Assembly (NCBI GenBank): GCA_949295935.1
Contig: CASFMW010000003.1
Coordinates: 28,109 to 92,108 of the forward strand
From: an uncultured Pseudomonadota bacterium
GTDB taxonomy: Bacteria > Pseudomonadota > Alphaproteobacteria > RF32 > CAG-239
DNA: 64,000 nucleotides
Direction of reading: 5' to 3'
Below are positions 45,948 through 55,371 of the stretch, piece after piece. The notes beneath the pieces are model-generated. The model saw only the letters and a list, made by a program, of their open reading frames with translations. It had not been told where the DNA came from and did not search any database. A program made the translations under genes and the position numbers. Every line of letters begins with the position of its first letter. The first letter of the stretch is position 1.

Positions 45948-46727
45948 ATGAATGACACATCAAGACAAAACAATATCCTCATCACCGGCGCCAGCAGCGG
46001 CATTGGCGAGGCTTTAGCAATATATTATGCTAAAACCAGTGCTAAAAATCTTTATATTTGCGGCCGCAATAAAGAAAGATTGGAAGAAGTCGCCCGCAAA
46101 TGCAAAGAACTAGGCACCGAGGTCGAAAGCAAAATTCTTGATGTAACAAACAGAGAAGAAATGAAAAACTGGATTGAAAGCAGTAACCAGAAATCGCCGT
46201 TAAATATTGTTATAGCCAATGCCGGCGTCGGTACGGTCAATGAAACACCGGATTCGATATACAATACTTTTAACATAAATTTGTTTGGCGTCTTAAATAC
46301 GGTTCTACCAACTGTTGAAATCTATCGTCAAAATCCGTTAACTTCGGCTTCTCGCCGCCCAACCATTGTATTGCTCAGCTCTATTGCCGGTTATCACGGC
46401 TTGGCCACCTGCCCGTCATACAGCGCCAGCAAAGCCGCTGTTAAAGCTTATGGCGAAGCTCTGAGAGTCAAGCTCAAACCCGAAGGTATTAATGTCAACG
46501 TCGTCTGTCCCGGATTCGTCCGCTCACGCATTACCGATCAAAACACATGCCCCATGCCGTTTTTCATGGAAGCACCGGAAGCAGCCAAAGCCATCGCCGA
46601 AGGCATCAAACAAGATAAAGCGATTATCTCTTTCCCGTTTCCGTTGCGTTTTGCCGCATGGTTTGGTTCGATTCTACCAAACTGCATCAGTGACTTTATC
46701 TACCGCAAATTACCTTACAAGGCTTAA
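45948..46727 (+). CDS. Short-chain dehydrogenase/reductase (SDR) family oxidoreductase
   Basis: TGASSGIG cofactor motif, YxxxK active site (YSASK). Confidence 0.85.
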   Translation: MNDTSRQNNILITGASSGIGEALAIYYAKTSAKNLYICGRNKERLEEVARKCKELGTEVESKILDVTNREEMKNWIESSNQKSPLNIVIANAGVGTVNETPDSIYNTFNINLFGVLNTVLPTVEIYRQNPLTSASRRPTIVLLSSIAGYHGLATCPSYSASKAAVKAYGEALRVKLKPEGINVNVVCPGFVRSRITDQNTCPMPFFMEAPEAAKAIAEGIKQDKAIISFPFPLRFAAWFGSILPNCISDFIYRKLPYKA

Positions 46728-48016
46728 GGTTTATCAGGATTTTTGACCGCGCGTTTTTGCAAAAGATAAAGCACAAACAACCCCGGAATAACCATCAATG
46801 AGGTAATGGAGAAAAACATCGGCCAACCGACCAATTCGACCATTTTTCCGGAAGTTGCCGCCACAGCGTCGCGTGCCAAACTCATTAGTGAAGACAACAA
46901 CGCATATTGCGTTGCGGTATAAGCCACGCTGCATAAAGACGAAAGATAAGCCACAAAAGCGGCCATACTCATACCGCCGGAAATATTATCAAGGGTAATA
47001 CAACCGACCAACATCCAAATATTATGTCCTGCATAAGCCTGCGCCACAAAGACCAGCGTCGTCACCCCTTGCAAAATTCCGCAAATCCACAAAGAACGAA
47101 ACAACCCGCACCGACTAACCACAATACCGCCGATAATTCCGCCCAAAATTGTCGCCCCCATACCAAAAAACTTTGACACCGAGGCAATCTCGATCATCGA
47201 AAATCCCATAGCTTTGTAAAACACATTGGCCATCGGCCCCATATAGGCATCACTCATTTTATAAAGAAAAACAAAGAGCAAAATAAGCTTCCAGTCCGAC
47301 CGTTTCATAAAATCGGCAAAAGGCGCAACAACCGCTTTTTGCATAAAAGCGATAAAGCGTTCTCGCCGAGAGCCAATAACCTTAATCTCATGAAATTCGG
47401 CGTCTTTGCACGGTTCCTTAGCCTGCAATATCGTAAAGATTCCAACCAACGCACCACCGGCCATAATCAAATAAACCTCTTGCCAAGACAAAAACGAAGC
47501 CAGCCATAAAGCTACCGCACCGGAAAACAACATTCCCAAACGATAGCCCAAAACAAAGATAGCCGCGGCCGCTCCTTGCTCTTCGTCATCAAAAGATTCG
47601 ATTCGAAAAGCATCAAGCACTACATCTTGCGAGGCAGACGCCAGAACCACCACCACCGCAACTGTTGCCAAAAGCAACGGATTTTCGGCAGGATTAATCA
47701 ACGCCATAAGGACTAAAGAAACCAGCAAAACAATCTGCGTCAACAAAGCCCAGCTTCTCCTCCGCCCCATGCGCCCCAAAACCGGAAGGCGCAAGCGGTC
47801 AATCAACGGCGCCCAAAGCCATTTAAAACTGTATGGCGTTTTAACTAAAGAAAACACCCCGATAAGCGCATAAGACACCTCGGCTGCATCAAGCCATAAG
47901 CTAAGCGTTCCTCCCACCAACATAAGGGGAAGCCCGCTTGAAAAACCAAGCCCGACCATAACCGCCATCCGACGGTCAGCATAAATTTGAAGCGCACGAA
48001 GCCATCTGTTTAACAT
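46724..48016 (-). CDS. ampG: AmpG-family MFS muropeptide permease
   Basis: 430 aa, ~12-14 TM, AmpG-type N-terminal motifs (LGFSSGLPLMLVGGTLSLWL). Confidence 0.8.
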   Translation of the reverse strand: MLNRWLRALQIYADRRMAVMVGLGFSSGLPLMLVGGTLSLWLDAAEVSYALIGVFSLVKTPYSFKWLWAPLIDRLRLPVLGRMGRRRSWALLTQIVLLVSLVLMALINPAENPLLLATVAVVVVLASASQDVVLDAFRIESFDDEEQGAAAAIFVLGYRLGMLFSGAVALWLASFLSWQEVYLIMAGGALVGIFTILQAKEPCKDAEFHEIKVIGSRRERFIAFMQKAVVAPFADFMKRSDWKLILLFVFLYKMSDAYMGPMANVFYKAMGFSMIEIASVSKFFGMGATILGGIIGGIVVSRCGLFRSLWICGILQGVTTLVFVAQAYAGHNIWMLVGCITLDNISGGMSMAAFVAYLSSLCSVAYTATQYALLSSLMSLARDAVAATSGKMVELVGWPMFFSITSLMVIPGLFVLYLLQKRAVKNPDKP

Positions 48017-48088
48017 AACATTTCCTCTAAAATTGGCTTTCAGCTTAGCCCAACAAGCTTAAAAAAAACTAAAGAAGACAAGACAAGC

Positions 48089-48117
48089 CTTGCATTTTTC
48101 GCCCCGACATCCTAAAT
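48089..48117 (+). promoter_or_regulatory. Possible alphaproteobacterial RpoH (sigma32)-type promoter for hslVU (CTTG-N18-CCTAAAT)
   Basis: Match to CTTG-N17/18-CYTATNT consensus ~40 nt upstream of hslV; tentative. Confidence 0.3.
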
Positions 48118-48155
48118 AAAAACAAAAGAACAAAAAAAATAACGAAAGGAAAAGC

Positions 48156-48686
48156 ATGACAACCATACTCTGCGTCCGCAAGAACGGCACGGTAGCCATG
48201 GCCGGAGACGGACAAGCCACGTTAGGAGAATCAACCATATTCAAATCAACTTCGGTAAAAGTCAGACGCATCGGCAACGGCAGCATCATTGCAGGATTCG
48301 CCGGCGCCGCCGCAGATGGCATTACCTTAATCGAGCGGCTGGAAGAAAAGCTTGAACAAAACGCTTATCAGTTAAAACGTGCCGCTGTATCTTTGGCAAA
48401 AGATTGGCGCATGGATAAATATTTAAGGCAGCTCCAAGCCGTAATGATTGTTGCCGACAAAGACATCTCGCTGGTTATTTCCGGCACCGGAGAAGTCATG
48501 GAACCCGATGACGGCATTATCGGCATCGGCTCGGGTGGAAATTACGCCATGGCCGCAGCCAAAGCCTTAGCGGAAGTCAGCGATTTCAGCGCCGAAGAAA
48601 TCGCCCAAAAAGCCTTAAAAATCGCCGGCGATATTGATGTTTATACCAACCACAACGTAATCATAGAAAAAATAGAGAGCAAATAA
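48156..48686 (+). CDS. hslV: ATP-dependent protease subunit HslV
   Basis: [11 protein letters not shown]... N-terminal Thr nucleophile after Met. Confidence 0.95.
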   Translation: MTTILCVRKNGTVAMAGDGQATLGESTIFKSTSVKVRRIGNGSIIAGFAGAAADGITLIERLEEKLEQNAYQLKRAAVSLAKDWRMDKYLRQLQAVMIVADKDISLVISGTGEVMEPDDGIIGIGSGGNYAMAAAKALAEVSDFSAEEIAQKALKIAGDIDVYTNHNVIIEKIESK

Positions 48687-48687
48687 G

Positions 48688-50001
48688 ATGACCGCAAATT
48701 TCAGCCCGAGAGAGATTGTCTCGGAACTCGACCGCTTTATTGTCGGCCAAGAAGAAGCCAAAAAAGCCGTAGCCATAGCCTTAAGAAACCGCTGGCGCCG
48801 CATGCAGCTACCGGAACAATTAAAAGAAGAAATTGTCCCGAAAAACATTTTAATGGTCGGCCCGACCGGTGTCGGTAAAACTGAAATTTCACGCCGCTTG
48901 GCCAAATTGGTAAAAGCCCCATTTGTAAAAGTTGAGGCCACTAAATTTACCGAAATAGGCTACGTCGGCCGCGATGTGGAATCAATCATTCGCGACTTAG
49001 TCGAAACCGCTATAAATACCACCAAGCTTGAACAACGCAAATCCGTTCGGGTTAAGGCGGAGGCCGCCGCTGAAGAACGTCTGTTAAAAGCCTTGGTCGG
49101 TAAAGATTCGGGCGAAGAAACCCGCCAAAAATTCAGAGAAATGCTGCGCTCTGGTTCTTTGGATAATAACGAAATTGAGATTGATATTATCGACAACGGC
49201 AATGCCAGCATGCCAACAATCGACATCCCCGGAATGCCTGGCGCCCAAATGGGGATGATAAGCTTGGGCGATTTACTGGGCAAACCTTTTGGTGACAAAT
49301 ACAAAACCCGCAAACTCAAAGTCGCAGACGCCCGCAAAATCATCATTGATGAAGAAAGCGACAAACTTTTGGATAACGATAACATCACCGTTCAAGCCAT
49401 TAAATCGGTTGAAAACGACGGCATTGTCTTTATTGATGAGATTGATAAAATCTGCGCCAAAGACGAGCGACGCGGCGGTGATGTCTCCAGAGAAGGCGTC
49501 CAGCGCGACCTCTTGCCATTGATTGAAGGCACAATCGTCAACACCAAATACGGTGCAGTCAAAACCGACCATATTTTGTTCATTTGCTCGGGTGCTTTTC
49601 ACTTGTCCAAACCATCGGATTTGCTACCGGAATTACAAGGACGCTTACCGATTCGCGTTGAATTAAAGGCTTTGAGCAAAGAAGACTTCATCAAAATCTT
49701 GAAGGAGCCTGAAGCCAACCTGATCGAGCAATATATCGCTCTTTTGGGAACAGAAAACTTCACTCTCAAATTTGAAGATGAAGCAATTGAAAAAATTGCT
49801 GACATAGCGGTTGCGATTAACGAAAATGTTGAAAACATCGGCGCCCGCCGCCTGCACACGGTTTTAGAGATTTTGCTTGAAGACATCAGCTTCAACGCCT
49901 CGGACCGTAGCGGCCAAACCGAAACCATAACCGCTCAAATGGTTGAAGACAAACTTCAAAAATTCACCAAAGCAACCGACCTTTCAAAATTCATTTTATA
50001 A
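48688..50001 (+). CDS. hslU: ATP-dependent protease ATPase subunit HslU
   Basis: Walker [11 protein letters not shown], ClpX/HslU AAA+ architecture with I-domain. Confidence 0.97.
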   Translation: MTANFSPREIVSELDRFIVGQEEAKKAVAIALRNRWRRMQLPEQLKEEIVPKNILMVGPTGVGKTEISRRLAKLVKAPFVKVEATKFTEIGYVGRDVESIIRDLVETAINTTKLEQRKSVRVKAEAAAEERLLKALVGKDSGEETRQKFREMLRSGSLDNNEIEIDIIDNGNASMPTIDIPGMPGAQMGMISLGDLLGKPFGDKYKTRKLKVADARKIIIDEESDKLLDNDNITVQAIKSVENDGIVFIDEIDKICAKDERRGGDVSREGVQRDLLPLIEGTIVNTKYGAVKTDHILFICSGAFHLSKPSDLLPELQGRLPIRVELKALSKEDFIKILKEPEANLIEQYIALLGTENFTLKFEDEAIEKIADIAVAINENVENIGARRLHTVLEILLEDISFNASDRSGQTETITAQMVEDKLQKFTKATDLSKFIL

Positions 50002-50015
50002 GGCGAGTGCAAAAG

Positions 50016-51110
50016 ATGAACCGTCGCAATTTCGGCATTTACATTCATTGGCCCTTTTGCCGCAGTAAATGCCCTTATTGCGACTTTTTTTCACAAGTCA
50101 AAAAAGACATTCCGCAAGAAAAAATCATCGAAGACTATATCCAAGAGCTTGATTTTTACCATGGCTTAACTTCAACAGAACAAGTCAGCAGCATTTTTTT
50201 CGGCGGCGGCACACCTTCATTAATCAAGCCTCAACTTATTGCGCGCTTAATTGAAGAAATCGAAAAAAAATGGAGCTTGAAAAAAGATATCGAGATTTCA
50301 CTTGAAGCCAACCCCAACACCGACAGCCCAACATTATTTTCTGACTTAAAATCAGCAGGAATCAATCGCTTGTCACTTGGCGTTCAGGCTCTAAACGATA
50401 AAGATTTAAAGTTTTTAGGCCGCACGCATAACAGCGCCCAAGCCCAAACAGCCATCGAGAAAGTTATTAAAACTTTTGACAATCACTCCATGGACTTAAT
50501 TTACGCCCGCCCCGAGCAAAAACCAGAGGGTTGGAAACAAGAACTATCTCAAGCCATCGGATTCGGTTTTAAACACTTATCGCTGTATCAATTAACAATT
50601 GAAGAAGGCACCAACTTTGCCAAACGCGGTATTAAGGCTTTGGAAGAAAACGCCGCCGCCGAAATGTACGACTTCACCACCGACTTTTTAGCAGAACATG
50701 GCTACCCGCGTTACGAAGTTTCAAACTTTGCCACACCACAATATCAGTGCCGCCACAATTTGCTTTATTGGCAAGGAGACAATTACCTCGGCATCGGCCA
50801 AGGCGCACACGGTCGAATAAAAACCACGGAAAACAAAATTTATGCCTCCACCTACCGCTGCCGGCTTGAAGAACTAACCCAAGAAGAACGTGCCGAAGAA
50901 CTATTGCTAATGGGCCTCCGCCTTGATGAAGGAATTAGCAAAAAAAACTTTAAGACGCTTTGCGGAAAAGACTTTTCAAATATAACCGATTCGCAAAAAA
51001 TCAAAGAGCTCGAAAAACTTGGTTTCATACAAAACACCCAAGACACCATCCGCCTAACAAAAACAGGCTTTCCGCTCATGAATCGCATCTTGTCTGAAAT
51101 AGTAATTTAA
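50016..51110 (+). CDS. hemW: Radical SAM heme chaperone HemW (HemN-like, oxygen-independent coproporphyrinogen oxidase family)
   Basis: CxxxCxYC radical-SAM motif (FCRSKCPYCDF), HemN C-terminal domain; follows hslU. Confidence 0.88.
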   Translation: MNRRNFGIYIHWPFCRSKCPYCDFFSQVKKDIPQEKIIEDYIQELDFYHGLTSTEQVSSIFFGGGTPSLIKPQLIARLIEEIEKKWSLKKDIEISLEANPNTDSPTLFSDLKSAGINRLSLGVQALNDKDLKFLGRTHNSAQAQTAIEKVIKTFDNHSMDLIYARPEQKPEGWKQELSQAIGFGFKHLSLYQLTIEEGTNFAKRGIKALEENAAAEMYDFTTDFLAEHGYPRYEVSNFATPQYQCRHNLLYWQGDNYLGIGQGAHGRIKTTENKIYASTYRCRLEELTQEERAEELLLMGLRLDEGISKKNFKTLCGKDFSNITDSQKIKELEKLGFIQNTQDTIRLTKTGFPLMNRILSEIVI

Positions 51111-51352
51111 TTTTCTTGGTCAAAATACGCAACCGCATCAATAATCTTAGTCAAATCAAGCGGCGAAATTTTTTCTTTTCCCTCAAGAAGGGCCTCAAGC
51201 CGAACCGGCTCAATACCGGATTTTTTTGAAATTTCTTCTCTTGACAAAGAGGAAGCCTCAACCAATCGGCTAACTTTAGCCAGCATCTGCGCTTGCAAAG
51301 TTGCAAGCACAAAATCATCATCAGAAAAAACACCGGAAACCAAATCAGTCAT
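51107..51352 (-). CDS. Small XRE-family helix-turn-helix protein (~81 aa)
   Basis: HTH-like SREEISKKSGIEPVRLEALLEGK; strong GGAGG SD 6 nt upstream of ATG 51352; ORF-track 93-aa form adds 12 N-terminal residues. Confidence 0.55.
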   Translation of the reverse strand: MTDLVSGVFSDDDFVLATLQAQMLAKVSRLVEASSLSREEISKKSGIEPVRLEALLEGKEKISPLDLTKIIDAVAYFDQEN

Positions 51353-51529
51353 AAAAAATCCTCCAATCAAACAACAAAACTCTGCCAAAGGCCAAGAGCT
51401 GGAGGGAAATAGGCACGTTCAAAAAAGTCCGAGTCCACATTTCCACGATAATTTCGCAAAAACACTCAAATGTGTCCCTAGAAGATAATCATGATTTTTT
51501 AAAAGACAAGAGAAAAGATAAAAATTTTT

Positions 51530-51558
51530 ATAAAAAAAGAGGGCTCAAAGCCCTCTCC
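51530..51558 (-). terminator. Rho-independent terminator of trxA (minus strand GAGAGGGC-tttga-GCCCTCT + T7)
   Basis: Stem-loop and T-run right after trxA stop. Confidence 0.75.
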
Positions 51559-51576
51559 AAACCCAAAGAATAAAAA

Positions 51577-51891
51577 CTACAGATTAGCCTCAATCCAAGA
51601 AACCATAGCAGACTTCGGATTAAGTCCCACTTTAACATCAATCTGTTTTCCGTCTTTGAATAAAAAGATTGAAGGAATGCTTCTAATTCCAAGCTCAGAA
51701 GCCTTGTCCGGAGATTCATCAACATTCATTTTGCAGATTTTTACTTTATCACCCATCTCCTTAGAAATCTCTTCCAAAATCGGAATCATCTGACGGCACG
51801 GACCGCACCATTCAGCCCAAAAATCAACCAATACCAAACCTTTTGCATTCAAAACTTCGGCATCAAACTGAGAATCATTAATTGCTAACAT
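51577..51891 (-). CDS. trxA: Thioredoxin
   Basis: WCGPC active site, 104 aa. Confidence 0.95.
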   Translation of the reverse strand: MLAINDSQFDAEVLNAKGLVLVDFWAEWCGPCRQMIPILEEISKEMGDKVKICKMNVDESPDKASELGIRSIPSIFLFKDGKQIDVKVGLNPKSAMVSWIEANL

Positions 51892-51972
51892 AGAATCTCC
51901 CTTTCATAAAAAAACTGTTGTAACTTAATATAGGGTATAAAATCCAAGAATAAAAGACTTTTCTTATAAAAA

Positions 51973-54900
51973 TTAATCAAGCGGCATTAAAAAAGCAGTA
52001 TCCGTCCACAAAATAAAGCAATGCACGGCCTTTTCCGGATAAATTTTTTCAACCAACTGTTTATAAGCTGCCAATTGCTTCTTATAAATCTGCGGAACAT
52101 CATCAACCGTTTTGGCTGCCGGACGATTTGTTTTGAAATCAATAATCAAAACCTCATCATCTCGCACCACAAGACGGTCAATTTGTGCCGAAACAATCTT
52201 TCCTTCAACCTGCCCCATCAGCGGCACTTCCGCTTTTGAACCAACGCCAAAAACTTTTTCAAAAGCCGGATTTTCCAACAAATGCAAAACCTCATGCAAA
52301 ATAATTTCATGCTGTTTTGTTGGCAGATCCGCAGCATTAGCACTCAAAAAGTCCAAAATAACGGAACGCAAATCTCCCTGCTTAACATCTGGCAAAAATT
52401 GTAATAGCTTATGAATAACTCGCCCGCGACGAAAACGATGTTCATCTTCTTTAAAAATAGGGGAAACCAAGGCCGATTCTGAAAGCTCATCTTCTTCATC
52501 AGGACGCGACGGCGTATAAGGCTTTGCTAACAAATCCTCTTCGGGAGCAGGTTCAAGAAACCACTCGGGAACTTCTAAACTTTTATTTCCGGCCACATCG
52601 ACTTTTTGCTTCTTTTTCTCATCCTGCTCAACAAACTCTTGCTCTGTTTCCACAAACAAGCAACCATCATCATCTTCCTTAGCATTTTCATCAAAGTTGC
52701 GCCGACAAACATCATACCAACAGTCTTCCTTAATGGCGTTTTTATTCTTATATCCGCAAACACAAAGCCTGTCTTCAGCGCGTGTCAAAGCCACATAGAG
52801 CAAACGGCGATATTCTTCCAAGGCTTTTTGATTCTGCCTTTGATTAATTTTAAGACAAATATCATCATAATCTGCTGACTTAAGCGGAAAGTACATCAGC
52901 TCGTCCCACAACATCGCTGCTTCTTTCTTTTCCGAAGCAACACGTACCGTATCCGGCAAAATCACGATTGGCGCCTGCAAACCTTTAGAACCATGCACCG
53001 TCATCAAGCGAACAAGATTTTGCGAGGCTTGCTCTTGCTCACGCTTAATTTCAACCTCGTCCTGCGTAATCCAATCAATAAAAGATTGCAAACTCGGCAC
53101 ATGGTCCTGTTCAAAAGCAACAGTCAGATTCATAAATTCATCAATACCATCTTCAACCTCTTTTCCCATCCGAGCCACAAACTTTTTTCGCCCCGAAAGT
53201 TTGTTCAGAATAAAAGAATAAAGTTCAAACGGACGAACATAATCCACCTTGTTCAAAAGCTGCTGCAGCTCTGCATACACTGCAGCAAATTTTTCGCTTT
53301 TAGAAAGCCTTGTCAGCAAAGGAGCACCTTCGCGCTTATAACAAAGCTCAAACAAATCCATATCATCAAGTCCCCACAAAGGTGACTTCAAGATTTCGGC
53401 AAGTGTCAAATCATCAGTCGGCAACAGCAAAAACTTTCCGATTCCGATTAGGTCTTGAATTGCCATCTGCTCCAAGAGCTTAATTTTATCAACACCAGCG
53501 ACTTCCACCCCAATTTTCTTGCAGGCTCTGACAAATTCTTCCACAAAAGCATTACGACGTTGAACCAAAACCAAAAAATCACCATATCTGACCGGCCGAT
53601 TCTTAGATTTAAGGATTTCGCCTTTTTCAACCATAGACTTAATCTTTTTGGCAATATCCTCAGCCAAGCGCGAGCTGGTTGAAGCCGCACTTGTTTTTTC
53701 AATCGGAGGCAACCATTCATCCGGATTATCATCAGGCAAAGGCTCAACAAGCGGCCAAAGCTCAACTTTTCCGGCATCTCCCACACGAAAGGGCACATGC
53801 GTAATATCTTGCTCCGGCAAAACCACGCCTTTTTTAGCTGTTTCATCACCAAAAACAGTGTTTACAGTATCTAGAACCGCCGCGGTTGAACGAAAAGAAA
53901 CATCAAGCTTAACTTCCTCAAAGTTGTCTGAAACCTCATGAAAATAGCGCCGCATATTTTCAAATTCTTCCGGATCAGCCCCCTGAAAACTATAAATGGA
54001 TTGCTTGCGGTCACCAACGGCAAACACCGTCCGAATAATATCATCAGCCCCTATTCCGGCAAAAAACTCTTCCGTCAAAGCCTTAACAATTGCCCATTGG
54101 TCAGGAGATGTATCTTGCGCCTCATCAATCAAAACACTGTCTATACCACCATCAAGCTTATACATCACCCATTGCGCAACAGCCTGATTCTCCAACAAAT
54201 GCCGTGTCAGAACAATAAGGTCTTCATAGTCCATCTTTGAATGCAGAGCCTTATAAGCATTATAACCTCTAATAAGCTCTTCTGACAAAAGCAACACCGC
54301 TTTTGTTGACGTAAACACCCGCAAAGACACCAACTTGTTCTTCATATCAAGAACGTGGTGAGCCTCTTCCTTTATCAACGAATCAACCTCAGGATCAAAT
54401 GCTTTAGCGTCTTTTGTAGCAAGCTTCGTTTTTTCTTCTTGTGTTACAAAACAAGCGACATAATCTTTAAAAGAAACGCTTGCATCGCCTTCCCAAAATT
54501 TTGCAATCACCAAAGCGCGATCAACATCTGTTTTTGAGCCATGCTGAAGAACTAAAATAATTCTTTTCACATCCACCAGACGCCCTTTGTTCAAAAACGA
54601 GGCTATCAAAGTTTCTTCCGTATCATCAGGAGAAATACCGAACTTCTGCGCCAAAGCTGCAAGAATCTCCTGCATAGAATGATATGTCGAAAGAAAGCGC
54701 ACCAATTTGTTTCGATTTTCGGCAATCGCCTTAAATACTTTAGGAAATCTCGATTCGCTGATATTTTGTGTTAAGTAAACAATTGCTTTTGCCGCTTCAC
54801 TATCAGGAGATTGTTCAATTTTTTGCAATAAGTGAGTCTTCACATCATCAAGAGCTTCAGCCGCCATACGGTCATCCATCACCGAAAAATATGGCGAAAC

Positions 54901-55356
54901 CTGAGCCTCAAGCGGAAAGCGTTTTAACACTTCCTGACAAAAGCTGTGAATGGTCTGGATTTTCATCCCTCCAGGCGTATCAAGCAATAAGGCAAAAAGC
55001 TGGCGCGCTTTTGCTTCCAGCAAGGCATATTCTTTGGCCGATTCCGGTAAACTTCCAAGCAAATTATAAAGCTCTTTATGCAACGTTTCATCGCTTGCCA
55101 CCGCCCATTCGCTCAACCGCTTAGCAATACGGTCATTCATCTCAACTGCCGCCGCTTTTGTATATGTAAGACAAAGAATTTTAGCCGGATTCACATTATT
55201 TAAGAGCAAACGCAACACTCTATCCGACAACACCTTCGTTTTTCCGGTTCCGGCAGAGGCTTCTACCCAAACGGACTTTAACGGATTTGACGCACGTCTT
55301 TGCTGCCCACTGGCCAGCTCCCCACGGTTTTTACGAATATCGATACATTCGGTCAT
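51973..55356 (-). CDS. addA: Double-strand break repair helicase AddA (alphaproteobacterial UvrD-like helicase-nuclease)
   Basis: 1127 aa; Walker A SAGTGKT, UvrD/Rep helicase motifs, C-terminal PD-(D/E)xK nuclease. Confidence 0.95.
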   Translation of the reverse strand: MTECIDIRKNRGELASGQQRRASNPLKSVWVEASAGTGKTKVLSDRVLRLLLNNVNPAKILCLTYTKAAAVEMNDRIAKRLSEWAVASDETLHKELYNLLGSLPESAKEYALLEAKARQLFALLLDTPGGMKIQTIHSFCQEVLKRFPLEAQVSPYFSVMDDRMAAEALDDVKTHLLQKIEQSPDSEAAKAIVYLTQNISESRFPKVFKAIAENRNKLVRFLSTYHSMQEILAALAQKFGISPDDTEETLIASFLNKGRLVDVKRIILVLQHGSKTDVDRALVIAKFWEGDASVSFKDYVACFVTQEEKTKLATKDAKAFDPEVDSLIKEEAHHVLDMKNKLVSLRVFTSTKAVLLLSEELIRGYNAYKALHSKMDYEDLIVLTRHLLENQAVAQWVMYKLDGGIDSVLIDEAQDTSPDQWAIVKALTEEFFAGIGADDIIRTVFAVGDRKQSIYSFQGADPEEFENMRRYFHEVSDNFEEVKLDVSFRSTAAVLDTVNTVFGDETAKKGVVLPEQDITHVPFRVGDAGKVELWPLVEPLPDDNPDEWLPPIEKTSAASTSSRLAEDIAKKIKSMVEKGEILKSKNRPVRYGDFLVLVQRRNAFVEEFVRACKKIGVEVAGVDKIKLLEQMAIQDLIGIGKFLLLPTDDLTLAEILKSPLWGLDDMDLFELCYKREGAPLLTRLSKSEKFAAVYAELQQLLNKVDYVRPFELYSFILNKLSGRKKFVARMGKEVEDGIDEFMNLTVAFEQDHVPSLQSFIDWITQDEVEIKREQEQASQNLVRLMTVHGSKGLQAPIVILPDTVRVASEKKEAAMLWDELMYFPLKSADYDDICLKINQRQNQKALEEYRRLLYVALTRAEDRLCVCGYKNKNAIKEDCWYDVCRRNFDENAKEDDDGCLFVETEQEFVEQDEKKKQKVDVAGNKSLEVPEWFLEPAPEEDLLAKPYTPSRPDEEDELSESALVSPIFKEDEHRFRRGRVIHKLLQFLPDVKQGDLRSVILDFLSANAADLPTKQHEIILHEVLHLLENPAFEKVFGVGSKAEVPLMGQVEGKIVSAQIDRLVVRDDEVLIIDFKTNRPAAKTVDDVPQIYKKQLAAYKQLVEKIYPEKAVHCFILWTDTAFLMPLD

Positions 55357-55371
55357 TATAGCACGCCTCCG

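Noticed and set aside
51389-51576. Bartonella Brt-type sRNA upstream of the XRE-family gene
   Set aside because: The region is only ~140 nt between the trxA terminator and the XRE start and lacks a second terminator immediately before the ORF. I cannot match it to Brt from memory, so it is left as an ordinary leader with a possible SD-sequestering hairpin
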